A stretch of 64,000 nt of DNA from Takakia lepidozioides. Its lineage: Eukaryota; Plantae; Bryophyta. The notes under the pieces were generated by a model. The model was not told the DNA's origin and did not search any database. It worked only from the letters and a program-made list of their open reading frames with translations. Position numbers and translations under genes: made by a program. The DNA is taken from assembly GCA_030704615.1 (NCBI GenBank), contig CM060733.1, forward strand, positions 42,160,001 through 42,224,000, given 5' to 3'. Shown here piece after piece: positions 49,935-60,429 of this stretch (position 1 is its first letter; every line of letters begins with the position of its first letter).

Positions 49935-50037
49935 GCTCATGAAATCCGCGTATCTTAGACTTCGGCTCACCGCTCATGCGGCTCATGCGGCTCATGGCTC
50001 ATGGCTCATGGTTTCTGCTCATGAAATAGTAAACCTC
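49935..50037 (-). repeat. Right TIR and subterminal heptamer repeats
   Basis: GCTCATG tandem repeats followed by GAAATAGTAAACCTC. Confidence 0.88.
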
Positions 50038-51930
50038 TCCCACTGCCAGCACTAGTAGTGGAGCAGGTAGTGCTGGTACTTCTGCAGGTGGTACCAGTTC
50101 AAAAGGTGCTACTACTCCTCCTGCCACAACTACAACACATGTGCCTAGATTCAACCCGGTGGTGGAGTTCTTCCAGGAGTTGCGGAGGAATTACCAAGGT
50201 GTACGGACAGAGAAGCTGCGAAGTTTGCAAGACTTCCAGCGCAAACCCAGTGAGAGCTTGCGAGAGGCGTACACTCGTATGAGGCGCTTGATAAGTGTGA
50301 CCCAAGGGGTTACTGAAGCTCAGGCAATCCAGTTTTGGTATGGAATTCTGGACAAGGAGCTCAAGAGAAGGGTGCGAGATGCAACCCTGTTACAAGCAGC
50401 CCAACCCACATTAGCAGATGTGTTTCTGCTGGCTGAGCGGATTGAGCTCAACATGGTGGAGGAGCGAGCGAGTTGTTACAATTGGATTTGGCAAGGACAT
50501 GCCTGTACGGGGCACAGCTGTCAGCCCACAGGCACAAGGGACTGCCCAACAGCGTGGTCAGGGGGGCAAGGTTGCCCAGCCCAAGTTCCATGGAGCTTAC
50601 AGGGGACCTCAGGTGCAGAGGCCCGTGGCATCTTTTGCAGGCCAACAGCAACCAGGGGTGATATGTTGGACATGTGGAGGACCCCATGTCAAAGAGATTG
50701 CCCAGAGAATGGCAGAAGGCCGGCACAAGCACAGCCTGCACAGTTGCAGTGTGGGCATTGTGGCAAGTATGGGCATGTAGATGCCCAGTGTTATGACTTG
50801 CATCCTGAGTTGCGCCCAGGCCAGTTCCAAGGGAACAATGGTGGCCGGGGGCGAGGTGGACCAGCCCAAGAGGACGAGGTGGTCGGGCACGAGGTGCAGG
50901 CCAAGGGCAAGCTCCACATGGCCAAGGACGCGGAGGTCAGGGTGTTGACCAAGGCATGGCCAATCGGCTTCAGCAGCTAGAGCAGAGGCTCGCTGCCATG
51001 GCTATAGCTCAGGCGGTACCGGCTCCCAGGCGGGATGGTCCACCTCCTGCTCCTGAGGGAGGAGATATGGGAGGCATGGGATTCATGTGCGGAGCAGCAC
51101 TACCACTAGACAGGTGGAGTCTGCTGCAGCCGTGACTCGAGGAGCAGCACGAGTTCCTGAGCCACGAGGTGCAGAGGTGGAGTTGGATCCACAACGTGGG
51201 GAGGCAAGCCGTCAGGCGAGGCTGCCTCAGTCATTCACCTTGGCGGAGACAGTGTCAACGCCATCCATGGCACCTAGTTCTCGTCCGACTGTTACAAAGG
51301 CGGAGGTTACTATGCCATTGGGGAGAGCTACACGTGCAGCACTGACACCTGCTACCAAGGCTAGTGCAGCCGGTGTGTTATTGGGGGCAGCCACCTCTGT
51401 GTGTCAAGCCCCACTGTTCTCGGCAACCATGATTGCGACGCCGGGGGTGAGACCAGCTGCAGTGTTCAGACTAGCAGCAACACTCTGTGAGAGTGGGGAG
51501 GTCACTTCATCTTCTGCGGAGTTAGTGGAAGGTATAGTGGCAGAGGGATCCTCGGATTTGAGGGTCAAGACTGCCACGGCTGCGCCATGGCAAGTTGCAG
51601 CTGCCAGGTTGACGGAGCTGCCAGCTAGGCCAGCCTTGAGCGCGCCATGGTGACACCTGGAGTTGTCTTGTTAGACAACCAGGGAGGCATTTTCACTTTG
51701 AGTGGACCGGCAGGCAAGAAGTACCGGCCACTGCGGGTCTTGTTGGACTCAGGAGCTCAGCCACTGATGTGGGCAGAGCTGCTATTGCAGGTTTGGGCCT
51801 CATGGAGGCGGATATGGAGCCTTGTCCTTTCCAGATACAGACATCTCTGGGAGGATCAGAGCAGGCTCGCGGCATGACACGGCATCAGTTGGCTATTAGA
51901 CTGTAGCCAGATCATCCTGTAGATGGCTCA
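50038..51930 (+). pseudogene. gag-pol: Rest of gag (two zinc knuckles) and protease of element C, frameshifted
   Basis: FQRKPSESLREAYTRM; CWTCGGPH; CGHCGKYGHVDAQC; VLLDSGAQPLM; stop at 51904. Confidence 0.8.
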
Positions 51931-53706
51931 GTGATGCGAGCCAAGGCCATTGTGACAGACGCGGTCTCTTACGATGTCCTCGTTGGTGGGGCAGTGTTAT
52001 ACCCCATGGGCTTCACCCTGGATTTCTGGGAGGAGTCAGCATCCTACAGGCCTGGATGGCAGTCAGGGGATGGTCGCCGTGCACAGCTCCCTGTGACATT
52101 CATTGGGGGTATTGCGGCTGCCCAGCGGGGCAAGATGCCAACACTAGCCGCCTTCACAGCTGCAGTTAGTTGGCCTGGAGAGTTGCTGGAAGGCAATGCC
52201 CATGCAGAGGATGTGCCACCTCCAGCAGAGCAGGATGACATGCATGGTACGGCGGAATTGCCTGCCATGGTTGCTCACACTCCGTTGTGGGGTACGAACA
52301 AGGATTTGCAGCAAGCTGCTGATGGACGGGTGCAACAAGCTTGGGTAGAAGCTTTTGTACCGTCAGGAGAGGAGGAGAGTGCGGTGATTGCACCAGGGCC
52401 ACCTCAGTTGTCGCCATTGGATACCACACCTCTTGTGTGGCAGCGGCCGGATGAAGGCATTTGCCTTCTGGACTTGTTTGGCGGGATCAGCACCGGATTG
52501 GCTGCTGTGCTACAGGCAGGTGTGCGGGTAAGGCGTTACCTGTATGTGGAGAGGGATGAGACTGCACGACGCATCTCACTGCGCCATGTGGCTCAGTTGG
52601 TACAGCAGTACCCTGACTTGTTGCCGGTGGCTGCAGTTCGTGGATATCAGCAGGCCTTGCCAGCAGACATTGCGTTGCTGGGGGCGCAGGATTTGGAGCG
52701 GGTTGGCTCCATTGATCTGGTAGTGGCAGGTTGGCCCTGCCAAGGGCATTCATCAGCCGGGCATGGCAATGGATTGCGAGACTCAAGGACGGGTCTGTTT
52801 TGGGAGATGGTGCGGATTTTGCGCCACTTGCAGCTTCATCAGGCTGTATCTCTGGCATACATCTTGGAGAATGTGCCACTGATGGGTGATTCTCGGGCCA
52901 GGGTGATGGCCAGTGTGCATCAAGTCCGGTCGTGGCTTGGATCAGCAGTTTTGCTGGATGCAGCTGCAGTGGGGTCACGGGCTCATCGTCCACGGCTTTG
53001 GTGGACTAACTTGATGCCACCCGCACTGCTCAAGCGTGCATTTGATGGGGTGCAGCGCCCAGCACACCTCACTGTGGATGGCATTTTGGACACAGGAAGG
53101 CAGTCTCAACGTGTGAGACACGATGACCGTTCGCCTTTGGCAGTGGTCAACAGGGTGGGTCAACCACGAGCAGCATTACCTACACTGCTCAGCTTCCCAG
53201 GATCCCATGCTTTTCGGGATGGTGGACCTGGCCTCCTGTGGGATGCTCAGTTGCAACAGTTAGTGGAGCCTAATGCCGACGAGCGAGAGCGGGCTATGGG
53301 GTTTTCCACTGGGACCACGGCGGTGCCTTTTCTTTCTGAGGCATCACGGCGTCAGGTGTTGGGGCAAGCAATGGATCTCAATTGCTTGACCTGGATTATC
53401 AGCTTGGCTATGGCTGAGCAACGTAGAGTGCGGAGTGCACTTCCCTTGATGGTCTCTCTGCCTACCGAGACGGTACAGGCAGCGAGTGGGGGCGAGCCGG
53501 TGAGGACCACGGGGTGTAGACATCCATGGCACATGTGGGAGGTGCTCGAGGTTCAGAGGGAGTTGGCAGCCAAGGCAGCTGTGATGGATGAGGTTGGGGA
53601 TTCTTCTCGGGATGAGGAGGTTCTCAATGATGAGATGATGGGGCAGGATGAGGCCTTGTCATTGACTGAGCAGGAAGGGAGTACTGCTCAAGAGGTTGCA
53701 GCATAG
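51931..53706 (+). CDS. Protease C-terminus plus DNA (cytosine-5) methyltransferase domain (~52450-53430)
   Basis: Motif I LLDLFGGISTG, II YVERD, IV VAGWPCQGHSSAG, VI ILENV, VIII AHRPRLWWTN, IX ERERAMGF, X VLGQAM. Confidence 0.92.
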   Translation: MMRAKAIVTDAVSYDVLVGGAVLYPMGFTLDFWEESASYRPGWQSGDGRRAQLPVTFIGGIAAAQRGKMPTLAAFTAAVSWPGELLEGNAHAEDVPPPAEQDDMHGTAELPAMVAHTPLWGTNKDLQQAADGRVQQAWVEAFVPSGEEESAVIAPGPPQLSPLDTTPLVWQRPDEGICLLDLFGGISTGLAAVLQAGVRVRRYLYVERDETARRISLRHVAQLVQQYPDLLPVAAVRGYQQALPADIALLGAQDLERVGSIDLVVAGWPCQGHSSAGHGNGLRDSRTGLFWEMVRILRHLQLHQAVSLAYILENVPLMGDSRARVMASVHQVRSWLGSAVLLDAAAVGSRAHRPRLWWTNLMPPALLKRAFDGVQRPAHLTVDGILDTGRQSQRVRHDDRSPLAVVNRVGQPRAALPTLLSFPGSHAFRDGGPGLLWDAQLQQLVEPNADERERAMGFSTGTTAVPFLSEASRRQVLGQAMDLNCLTWIISLAMAEQRRVRSALPLMVSLPTETVQAASGGEPVRTTGCRHPWHMWEVLEVQRELAAKAAVMDEVGDSSRDEEVLNDEMMGQDEALSLTEQEGSTAQEVAA

Positions 53707-53844
53707 CAACCACGGGACGCGTCCTCTACCTCTAAGCCCACTGGACTTAAGGTTGCAGTTACGGAGGACAATTGGGAGCCTGACATTGGACCCATTGTCA
53801 CTGGAGGAGAGAGACGACGTATACGGCAGTTCCTGAGGGCTTAC

Positions 53845-56838
53845 ATGAATTGCTTTGCCTTCAGTTTGAAGGACTTGGGAGCGCTGAAGGGTCAAGAGAT
53901 CCGTATTGAGTTGGCCACTGACACGCCAATATTTCGGAGACCCTATAGATACAGTGACATGGAGAGGTCTTTGATTCAGATGAGGACTCAAGATCTCTGG
54001 GAGGCAGAATTGGTGGAGCTCTCTGGTGGAGAGTATGCTTCAGCCACAGTGATGCCAGCTAAGAAGGATGTCTATGGCAATTGGACGGAGAGACGTATGT
54101 GCGGTGATTACCGGCCTGTAAATCGTCAGACCAAGTCCGATAGGTATGCCATGCCGACACCAGAGGAGATCTTTGATGCCATTGGGCATTCCAAGGTCTT
54201 TAGCACGTTGGATTTACGATCCGGATATCACCAGTTGCCGATCAAGGAGGCGGATAAGCAAAAGACGGCATTCTGGGGGATCAATGAGCACGGGAAGGAT
54301 TGCCTATACCAGTGGCGGTTCTTACCATTTGGGCTTAAAAACGCTCCCGCTGAGTTTCAAAGAGTCATGGACAGGATTCTAGCAGGGGTGGAGTTTGCTC
54401 GGTGCTACATAGATGACATCATCATCTTTAGTGCTACGGTGGAGGAGCATGAGAGACACCTTCAGGGGGTATTTGAGCGCTTGAGGACGCACGGATTGAA
54501 GTTACATCCAGGCAAGTGCAAGTTTTTCCACAACCAGATTGAGTATCTGGGTCACATGATATATCCTGGAGGATTGGGGGTACAACAGACTAAGGTAGAG
54601 TCCATTGCACAGGTTCCACGCCCCACGGATGTGAGCCGAGTTCGAGCTTTCATGGGGTTAGCAAACTATTACAGACGGTTTGTTAAGGGATTTAGTGCCA
54701 TTGCAAAGGCTCTAACCAAGCTGACCAAGGTGGACCAGGAGTGGCAGTGGGAAGATGAGCAAGAACAAGCTTTTCAAGAGCTCAAGGCGAGGTTGACCTC
54801 GGCGCCCATCTTGAGACGACCTATCAGGGGGCGTCCTTTTCAGCTGCATACAGATTGGAGCATGCTGGGGCTTGGAGCGGTGCTCACACAGGTAGATGAT
54901 GAGGGAAGAGAGTTCGTAGTGGCTTATGCTAGCCGCTCGAACAATGCTGCAGAGTCTAAGTATAGCTCATATGAGGGAGAATGCTTAGCTGCAGTGTGGG
55001 CCGTGGCACACTTCAGGTGCTATCTATACGGCAATCTCTTCACCCTTGTCACGGATCACCAACCACTCAAGTGGTTGATGGAGTCAGACAAGCTTACGGG
55101 GAAGCTTGCACGGTGGGCACTCATCCTTCAAGAGTATGACTTTCAGGTGGTGCATCGACCGGGTTTGGTCAATCGCAATGCAGATGGGTTGAGTCGCAAT
55201 CCATGCACGAGCCAGCAGGATGACACTGGAGCTCGGTGGCATGGTGAGACGGACGAGGAGATGGTGCCCGGATGGCATGCATCTGCATTTCTGTGTATCT
55301 TGGCAGCGGAAGGCCAGGTTGGACCTGCAACAGGGATGACTGTGGATCAAGTGTCTGAGGACCCTGAGGCCAGCAATGAAAAAGGTGGCGCCAAAGATAT
55401 ACATGAGGATTCAGCTGTGTTGGACTATCTTCGCACTGGAGACACGGCAGCCACTGTGACTGCCAAGGAGAGGGATCGGATCCTACAACGAGCCAAGAGG
55501 TTCAAGTGGGAGGGGACACACCTGCTCCGAGTGTGGGAGGATGGTCGAGTGAGGATTGTGCCTCACCCAACACAGCGGGCACGGTTAGTGCGGCATGCCC
55601 ACGAGGAGTTGGGGCATTTTGGGGTGCGACGCACCCATAGCCTACTGCAGGGGCAGTATTGGTGGCGTGGTATGCACACAGAGGTGCAACAATTTGTGGC
55701 TAGGTGCATGGTGTGTGACAGGGTGCGTGCTTCATTCAACGCCCCTACTCCACAATTGCACCCTCTTCCGATCATGGGATTGGGCTACAGGTGGAGTCTT
55801 GACTTCGCAGGGCCGTTGCCACTGACCATGCGCCACAAGTACGTGTTGGTGAAGGTGGAGCACTTCTCCAAGTGGATTGAATTGGTTCCATTGCCTGATA
55901 AGGCTAGTGAGGGAGCTGCGTATGCATTCTTGGATTGTGTGCTTAGCCGATTCGGTGCTCCAGCTGAGGTACTCACGGACCAAGGGAGAGAGTTCTTGGG
56001 GGAGTTTCAGGCTTTGTGTGACAAGGCCTTGATAGACCACCGCACCACTTCTCGGGATCATCCTGAGGCCGATGGCTTGGCAGAGAGAGTTGTTCAGACA
56101 GTAAAGAGGGGTTTGCGCAAGTATGGCTTGCAGAAGGGACACCTAGGAGATTGGGACCTTCAGTTACCCTGGCTAGCCATGGGCTACAGGTTCAGCAAGC
56201 AAGCATCACTTGCCTCCTTCTCACCATACTTTCTTCTCTTTGGCCGAGAGCCGGATTTGCCTACATCCATTCGCAGAGAAGCTGCTACAGTTCTTAACCT
56301 TGACGATCCGCACGTGTGGGCACGTGCATGTAAGCAGCATGCAGAGTTGTTCAAGAGAGTCATGCCCATGGCTTTCGAGAACCTTGCCATTGCACAACAC
56401 CGTGATACGTTGAGGTATGCTACCATACGTGGTGGGGGCTATCGTCCTGGGGTTCGGAGATTCAACCCTGGTGACTATGTCTATCTGCAGCAGACTGCTC
56501 CTACGACCCTGGATGTGACTGCAGGACGTGTTATTTTGAGGGTTCGAGAGGTCTTGCCCTCAGGCGTCTTGGTCTTGGAGGGTCGGGATGGCATAACTTG
56601 GAAGGACCATGTGCGTAATTGTGCGCCATGTCACCTTCCGAATGTCGATGGCAGGATTGACCCAAACCTGGCAGTGGTATCTGCAGGTTTGAGGTGCATG
56701 TTGTGTGGGTCTGCTAAAGGGGCAGCCACCATGCTGGTGTGTGATCGATGCTCTAGAGGTTGGCATATGGGATGCTTGACTCCACCTCTTGAGATGGTTC
56801 CGGATGGGGATTGGTTATGTCCACAATGCATTGGATAG
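53845..56838 (+). CDS. pol: pol of element C: RT, RNase H, integrase, C-terminal PHD finger
   Basis: RMCGDYR, LPFGLKNAP, YIDD; TDWS..GLGAVL; HHCC, SLDF/LTDQGREF/GLAER; CMLC...CDRCSRGWHMGC...WLCPQC. Confidence 0.95.
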   Translation: MNCFAFSLKDLGALKGQEIRIELATDTPIFRRPYRYSDMERSLIQMRTQDLWEAELVELSGGEYASATVMPAKKDVYGNWTERRMCGDYRPVNRQTKSDRYAMPTPEEIFDAIGHSKVFSTLDLRSGYHQLPIKEADKQKTAFWGINEHGKDCLYQWRFLPFGLKNAPAEFQRVMDRILAGVEFARCYIDDIIIFSATVEEHERHLQGVFERLRTHGLKLHPGKCKFFHNQIEYLGHMIYPGGLGVQQTKVESIAQVPRPTDVSRVRAFMGLANYYRRFVKGFSAIAKALTKLTKVDQEWQWEDEQEQAFQELKARLTSAPILRRPIRGRPFQLHTDWSMLGLGAVLTQVDDEGREFVVAYASRSNNAAESKYSSYEGECLAAVWAVAHFRCYLYGNLFTLVTDHQPLKWLMESDKLTGKLARWALILQEYDFQVVHRPGLVNRNADGLSRNPCTSQQDDTGARWHGETDEEMVPGWHASAFLCILAAEGQVGPATGMTVDQVSEDPEASNEKGGAKDIHEDSAVLDYLRTGDTAATVTAKERDRILQRAKRFKWEGTHLLRVWEDGRVRIVPHPTQRARLVRHAHEELGHFGVRRTHSLLQGQYWWRGMHTEVQQFVARCMVCDRVRASFNAPTPQLHPLPIMGLGYRWSLDFAGPLPLTMRHKYVLVKVEHFSKWIELVPLPDKASEGAAYAFLDCVLSRFGAPAEVLTDQGREFLGEFQALCDKALIDHRTTSRDHPEADGLAERVVQTVKRGLRKYGLQKGHLGDWDLQLPWLAMGYRFSKQASLASFSPYFLLFGREPDLPTSIRREAATVLNLDDPHVWARACKQHAELFKRVMPMAFENLAIAQHRDTLRYATIRGGGYRPGVRRFNPGDYVYLQQTAPTTLDVTAGRVILRVREVLPSGVLVLEGRDGITWKDHVRNCAPCHLPNVDGRIDPNLAVVSAGLRCMLCGSAKGAATMLVCDRCSRGWHMGCLTPPLEMVPDGDWLCPQCIG

Positions 56839-59800
56839 TGGGAGTGGATACAACCATGGAAGGCTAACAAGCAACGCAAGGCCCAGCTACAGGATACCTT
56901 GAATACACGAAGTCCTGGCTCAAGTTCACAGATTGCAAGACGGCGACTAACGATGGGGCTACTCTTGTACCCGGCCTCTTGGTCTATAGAGTTTGAGTAC
57001 GATAGGGACAGTGATAGAGGACTTAGTACGGCTATGGCTATTACGTCTTGTAGCTATCTGGAGGTAGAGGGACCTATCCACCAGCTAGGGGGGCGATTGT
57101 GGTAGACTACTTTATTGTGCATATATGTGTGGTGTGGTTCGGACAGCGATGTAGTTGTGTAGCGATATGTATGCGCACGACATCTTCAAAAAAATTAAAA
57201 CTAATATATGATGGAGATAAATTAAATGGACACGTGTCGATCAGTGACACGCAGCGGAGAGGGCGTAGGCGCATGTGCACAACAACCTTAGGCTTCCTTC
57301 TCTCCTGTCGGCTGCAATTCGTGGTGACATTGTGCTAGACAGACAAAAAGAAAGGGTTGTGCGCTCAGTGGTGCAAGCATTGTGGCCCATAGGTTTTGAA
57401 GCTTGCAGGACGTGACAATGGAGAAGCGTAGATTGAGAGGGAAGGATGGCAACACAAGCATGGCGGCCCATAGGTTTTGAGAGACATGATGGATAGGCAG
57501 AATACAAAAAATAAGCAGAAAGATATGGAGCAGGTGGGAGGTCTCTCGACAACCAGTTGATCTCCTTAACAAACCAGCCACAACAATCATGGTGCTTCTC
57601 AACTACTTCTCAAAATCTAAAGGGCATCTGAAATTCAAATATGATGTAACTGACAGCAAGTGGATAAATATAAATTCGATTATTAGTTCAGTTACTATGA
57701 GATGTGATTTTGCTCAAAACTTTTATACTTTAAATAATGCTGATGCATCTACTTTGGATAAATTTGTTTCCAGCAAATAAAAAATTCATTACCCCGTATT
57801 TTAATTTTCAGGTTAATATAGGGTGTCCAATATTTGTTATCTGCTATCAAATATAAATAATATAGCCTACAAGAAAATATGTCATATTACAAAATTATGT
57901 AATAATAGGGTGGCCAAAAATCCAGAAAATAAAATTAATACCCCCATAGAAAATGCCTATTTGCCTCACGTGCCTAGGAAACTAGATAGGGAGTGACCTC
58001 CCCGAGAAGAAATGTCAGCCTCTGCAAATTTCTCCCTTGCCACAGCACTTACAGTATTTCAAGCCACTGGACCGACCATATTGCAAAACAATTGTCTGTT
58101 GGTCGAGCTGGGGATAGGTAACATTGATGATATAGAATGATCACATCAGCACCACAGGAGATAAAAAAGAAGAACAAACCCAAACCCTAGCAATGGGGAA
58201 ATGCGAGAGCTCTCTGTATCTTCAACATGCAGCCCAGGCTCCATCTGCTCTTAACTTCCATCTATACTCCTGCATCATTGCAAGGAAACACACCATTGGC
58301 AAAGTCCATCAGTGAAGACTACGTTTGCGTCTCTATCATCCCCTCACAAATAGTTGCAAGGGTTCCTAACAAATAGGCAGAGTGAGGAGCTACCCGACAG
58401 ACCTCTCTAAAAACATTCCAATTACACACGACCTCGAGTTGTGGGGCTAAAGAAAAGATAGACACCGAAAAAGCTCAAGTCAAGTCAACAAACTACAAAA
58501 GAACAAACTAAGAGTTGTCTGGCCTGCATAGTGCACTGTAATAGCCAACATTTATGTTCTAAGTTCAAGTACATGTTGTATGTCTAACCCATAACCTCAT
58601 CACAAAATAGCACTTCCCTCTATGAAAGAGTTCATATGACAGTGAGGTGACATTACTAGTGCAAAACCTGATGCAATCTGTAATTACACAATGCAATGAT
58701 ACCTTCAGTCAGAGCTTCAATTTGAGAAGATGAATTCTGAAAGAGAAATAAAGGAGCTGGTGGAACGGAGCAAGAAGGAAAATGGAGCCCTTGGCCAGGA
58801 ACTAAGGCAAGCCTTGCCAGCCAGGCCAGTAGCAGAGTTTAAGGTTAGATGATGGGGTCAGTTCAATCATGTTGGAGTCGTGCAGAATGTCCGAACAAAA
58901 GTTAGGCATAAAACCCTGAATTCGTTTCCAGTTTGTGACATAGGTGGGGGGAAGGGCAGTCTTGGTACTACTGATATTTAAGTCCAAAAGTGGGACTTAC
59001 CTTCATATAAATAATTAATTCAGGTTTTCCACATTTCCTCCAGCAAGCTCTTCACGCAAACATCAATCTGCTGTGTGCGAGCTTCCTAGCAATTAGACCC
59101 CAGCAGGACCCAAGCTTTATGTTCAGCCTCAAGATATTGCAATTTGGCGAACAAAGATGCAGCAACTATGTACCTCATGGTCATAAAGAGCGTCACTCTC
59201 TAGCTTTTTTGGGGGACAATGGCATGGACGGAAAGCCCGTATAGACAACCATCGTTGAGTGCCATTGCTATGCTAAGAAAATCCACAGAGCTCAAGACAC
59301 CAATAGTTAGGAACTACTGAACTGAAATTTCTTCTATTCACCATTCAGAACAACAACAGACTGCTTTCCTCCCTCGCATACTTTCCGAACATGCCAGTAA
59401 GTGCCAAAGATCTTGTAGACTCCCTCTCTTGCTCCTTGTTCGGAAGTGGTACCCATGGTGGAAGTGCCTAATTTTATCAGCCGTGCTGTTGCTGCTGCTT
59501 CCAATTGACCATCTAACGTTCAAATTTCTTATAGCTATTACTCCACATTGCCTCACTCTTGTGCTCGTAATGTGGTCGCCTTGGAGCCCCGCAGAGAAGC
59601 TAACCCGAGAAAGAGAGCGCACAGCCACCGAGGTCTCTGGTTTCCTAAACCTAAATTTCTCTTATCTCTTGGATAAGTGCAGGTTCGGGGTTCAATTCCT
59701 GCTATGGCCTGTGTGTATGGTTTGTTTGTCGGTATGGGGTGACGGTTCCTCTTGTGATATATGAAACTGAGGATAAACTTTCCTCCTCCGCAAGGGCTTT

Positions 59801-59880
59801 GATGGATGGATGGATAACAATAGTAGCCATATGGGGTCAAGTGACACCATAAGTTACGCTTGCACTTTGGATAACAATAC

Positions 59881-60247
59881 TGTTGGAAATGAACTCCTGA
59901 CCAAGTTACTACTACCTAGAGTTACTGTGATGACAAGTGAGGCTTCCATAATAAGAGTGCTGACAAGTCACAATTAACAATAGAGATAAGCCTCGGTTAG
60001 CTAAAAGATAGCTAAAGTTAGCTTCAGTTATTAGTGACTCAAGTCATTGTACCATCTAATAGCAGGTGGAGATAACTTAAGTAAAAGCATGGAGTTATGC
60101 TATAGTTATCTCAGCTATTTCTGGATTAGACTTTGAGTATAAATAGGGAGACCTCGGAGGGTGGACACAACTTGTTGTGGTCCTATGGTTGGGTGAAGAG
60201 TTTTCAGTAATCAGTTCATCTTTTATATTCTCTGTCAAATTCCAACA
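59881..60247 (+). repeat. Short LTR (367 bp), Copia-like element D
   Basis: TGTTGGAA...TTCCAACA termini; TATAAATA at ~60138; PBS immediately after. Confidence 0.8.
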
Positions 60248-60259
60248 TGGTATCAGAGC
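60248..60259 (+). promoter_or_regulatory. PBS (tRNA-iMet) of element D
   Basis: TGGTATCAGAGC directly after the terminal CA. Confidence 0.88.
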
Positions 60260-60429
60260 AAGGTTCTGTTTGAGAGATAGAAAGAGATGAGTATTTGATT
60301 TACAACCAATAGGCTTGAGTGCTTGGGTTTAGATCTGAAAGCTTGAGTGCTTGGAGTTAGATCTGAAAGTTTGAGGGTGTTTTATAGTTGGCAAAACATC
60401 AAACTAGCATCATGGCACCTTCTGCTGAT

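Larger units (their letters stand above)
35339..50037 (+). mobile_element. Full-length MULE family M, copy 3 (14.7 kb)
   Basis: Imperfect TIRs GGGGGCTGCTATTTCATGAGC / GCTCATGAAATAGTAAACCTC; TSD TCCCACTG at 35331-35338 and 50038-50045 (9-bp CTCCCACTG also fits); DDE+SWIM transposase. Confidence 0.93.
34381..57110 (+). mobile_element. Ty3/Gypsy element C with C5-DNA methyltransferase and PHD finger, split by MULE copy 3; LTR boundaries unresolved
   Basis: Order gag(35014)-[MULE]-gag-PR-C5 MTase-RT-RH-IN-PHD; purine tract AGGGGGG at 57087 followed by TGTGG at 57098. Confidence 0.85.

Noticed and set aside
57110-57990. 3' LTR of element C, or a Helitron/DNA-transposon end with a 63-aa ORF (57589-57780)
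   Set aside because: No match found to 34381-34800 and no convincing terminal structure; left unassigned
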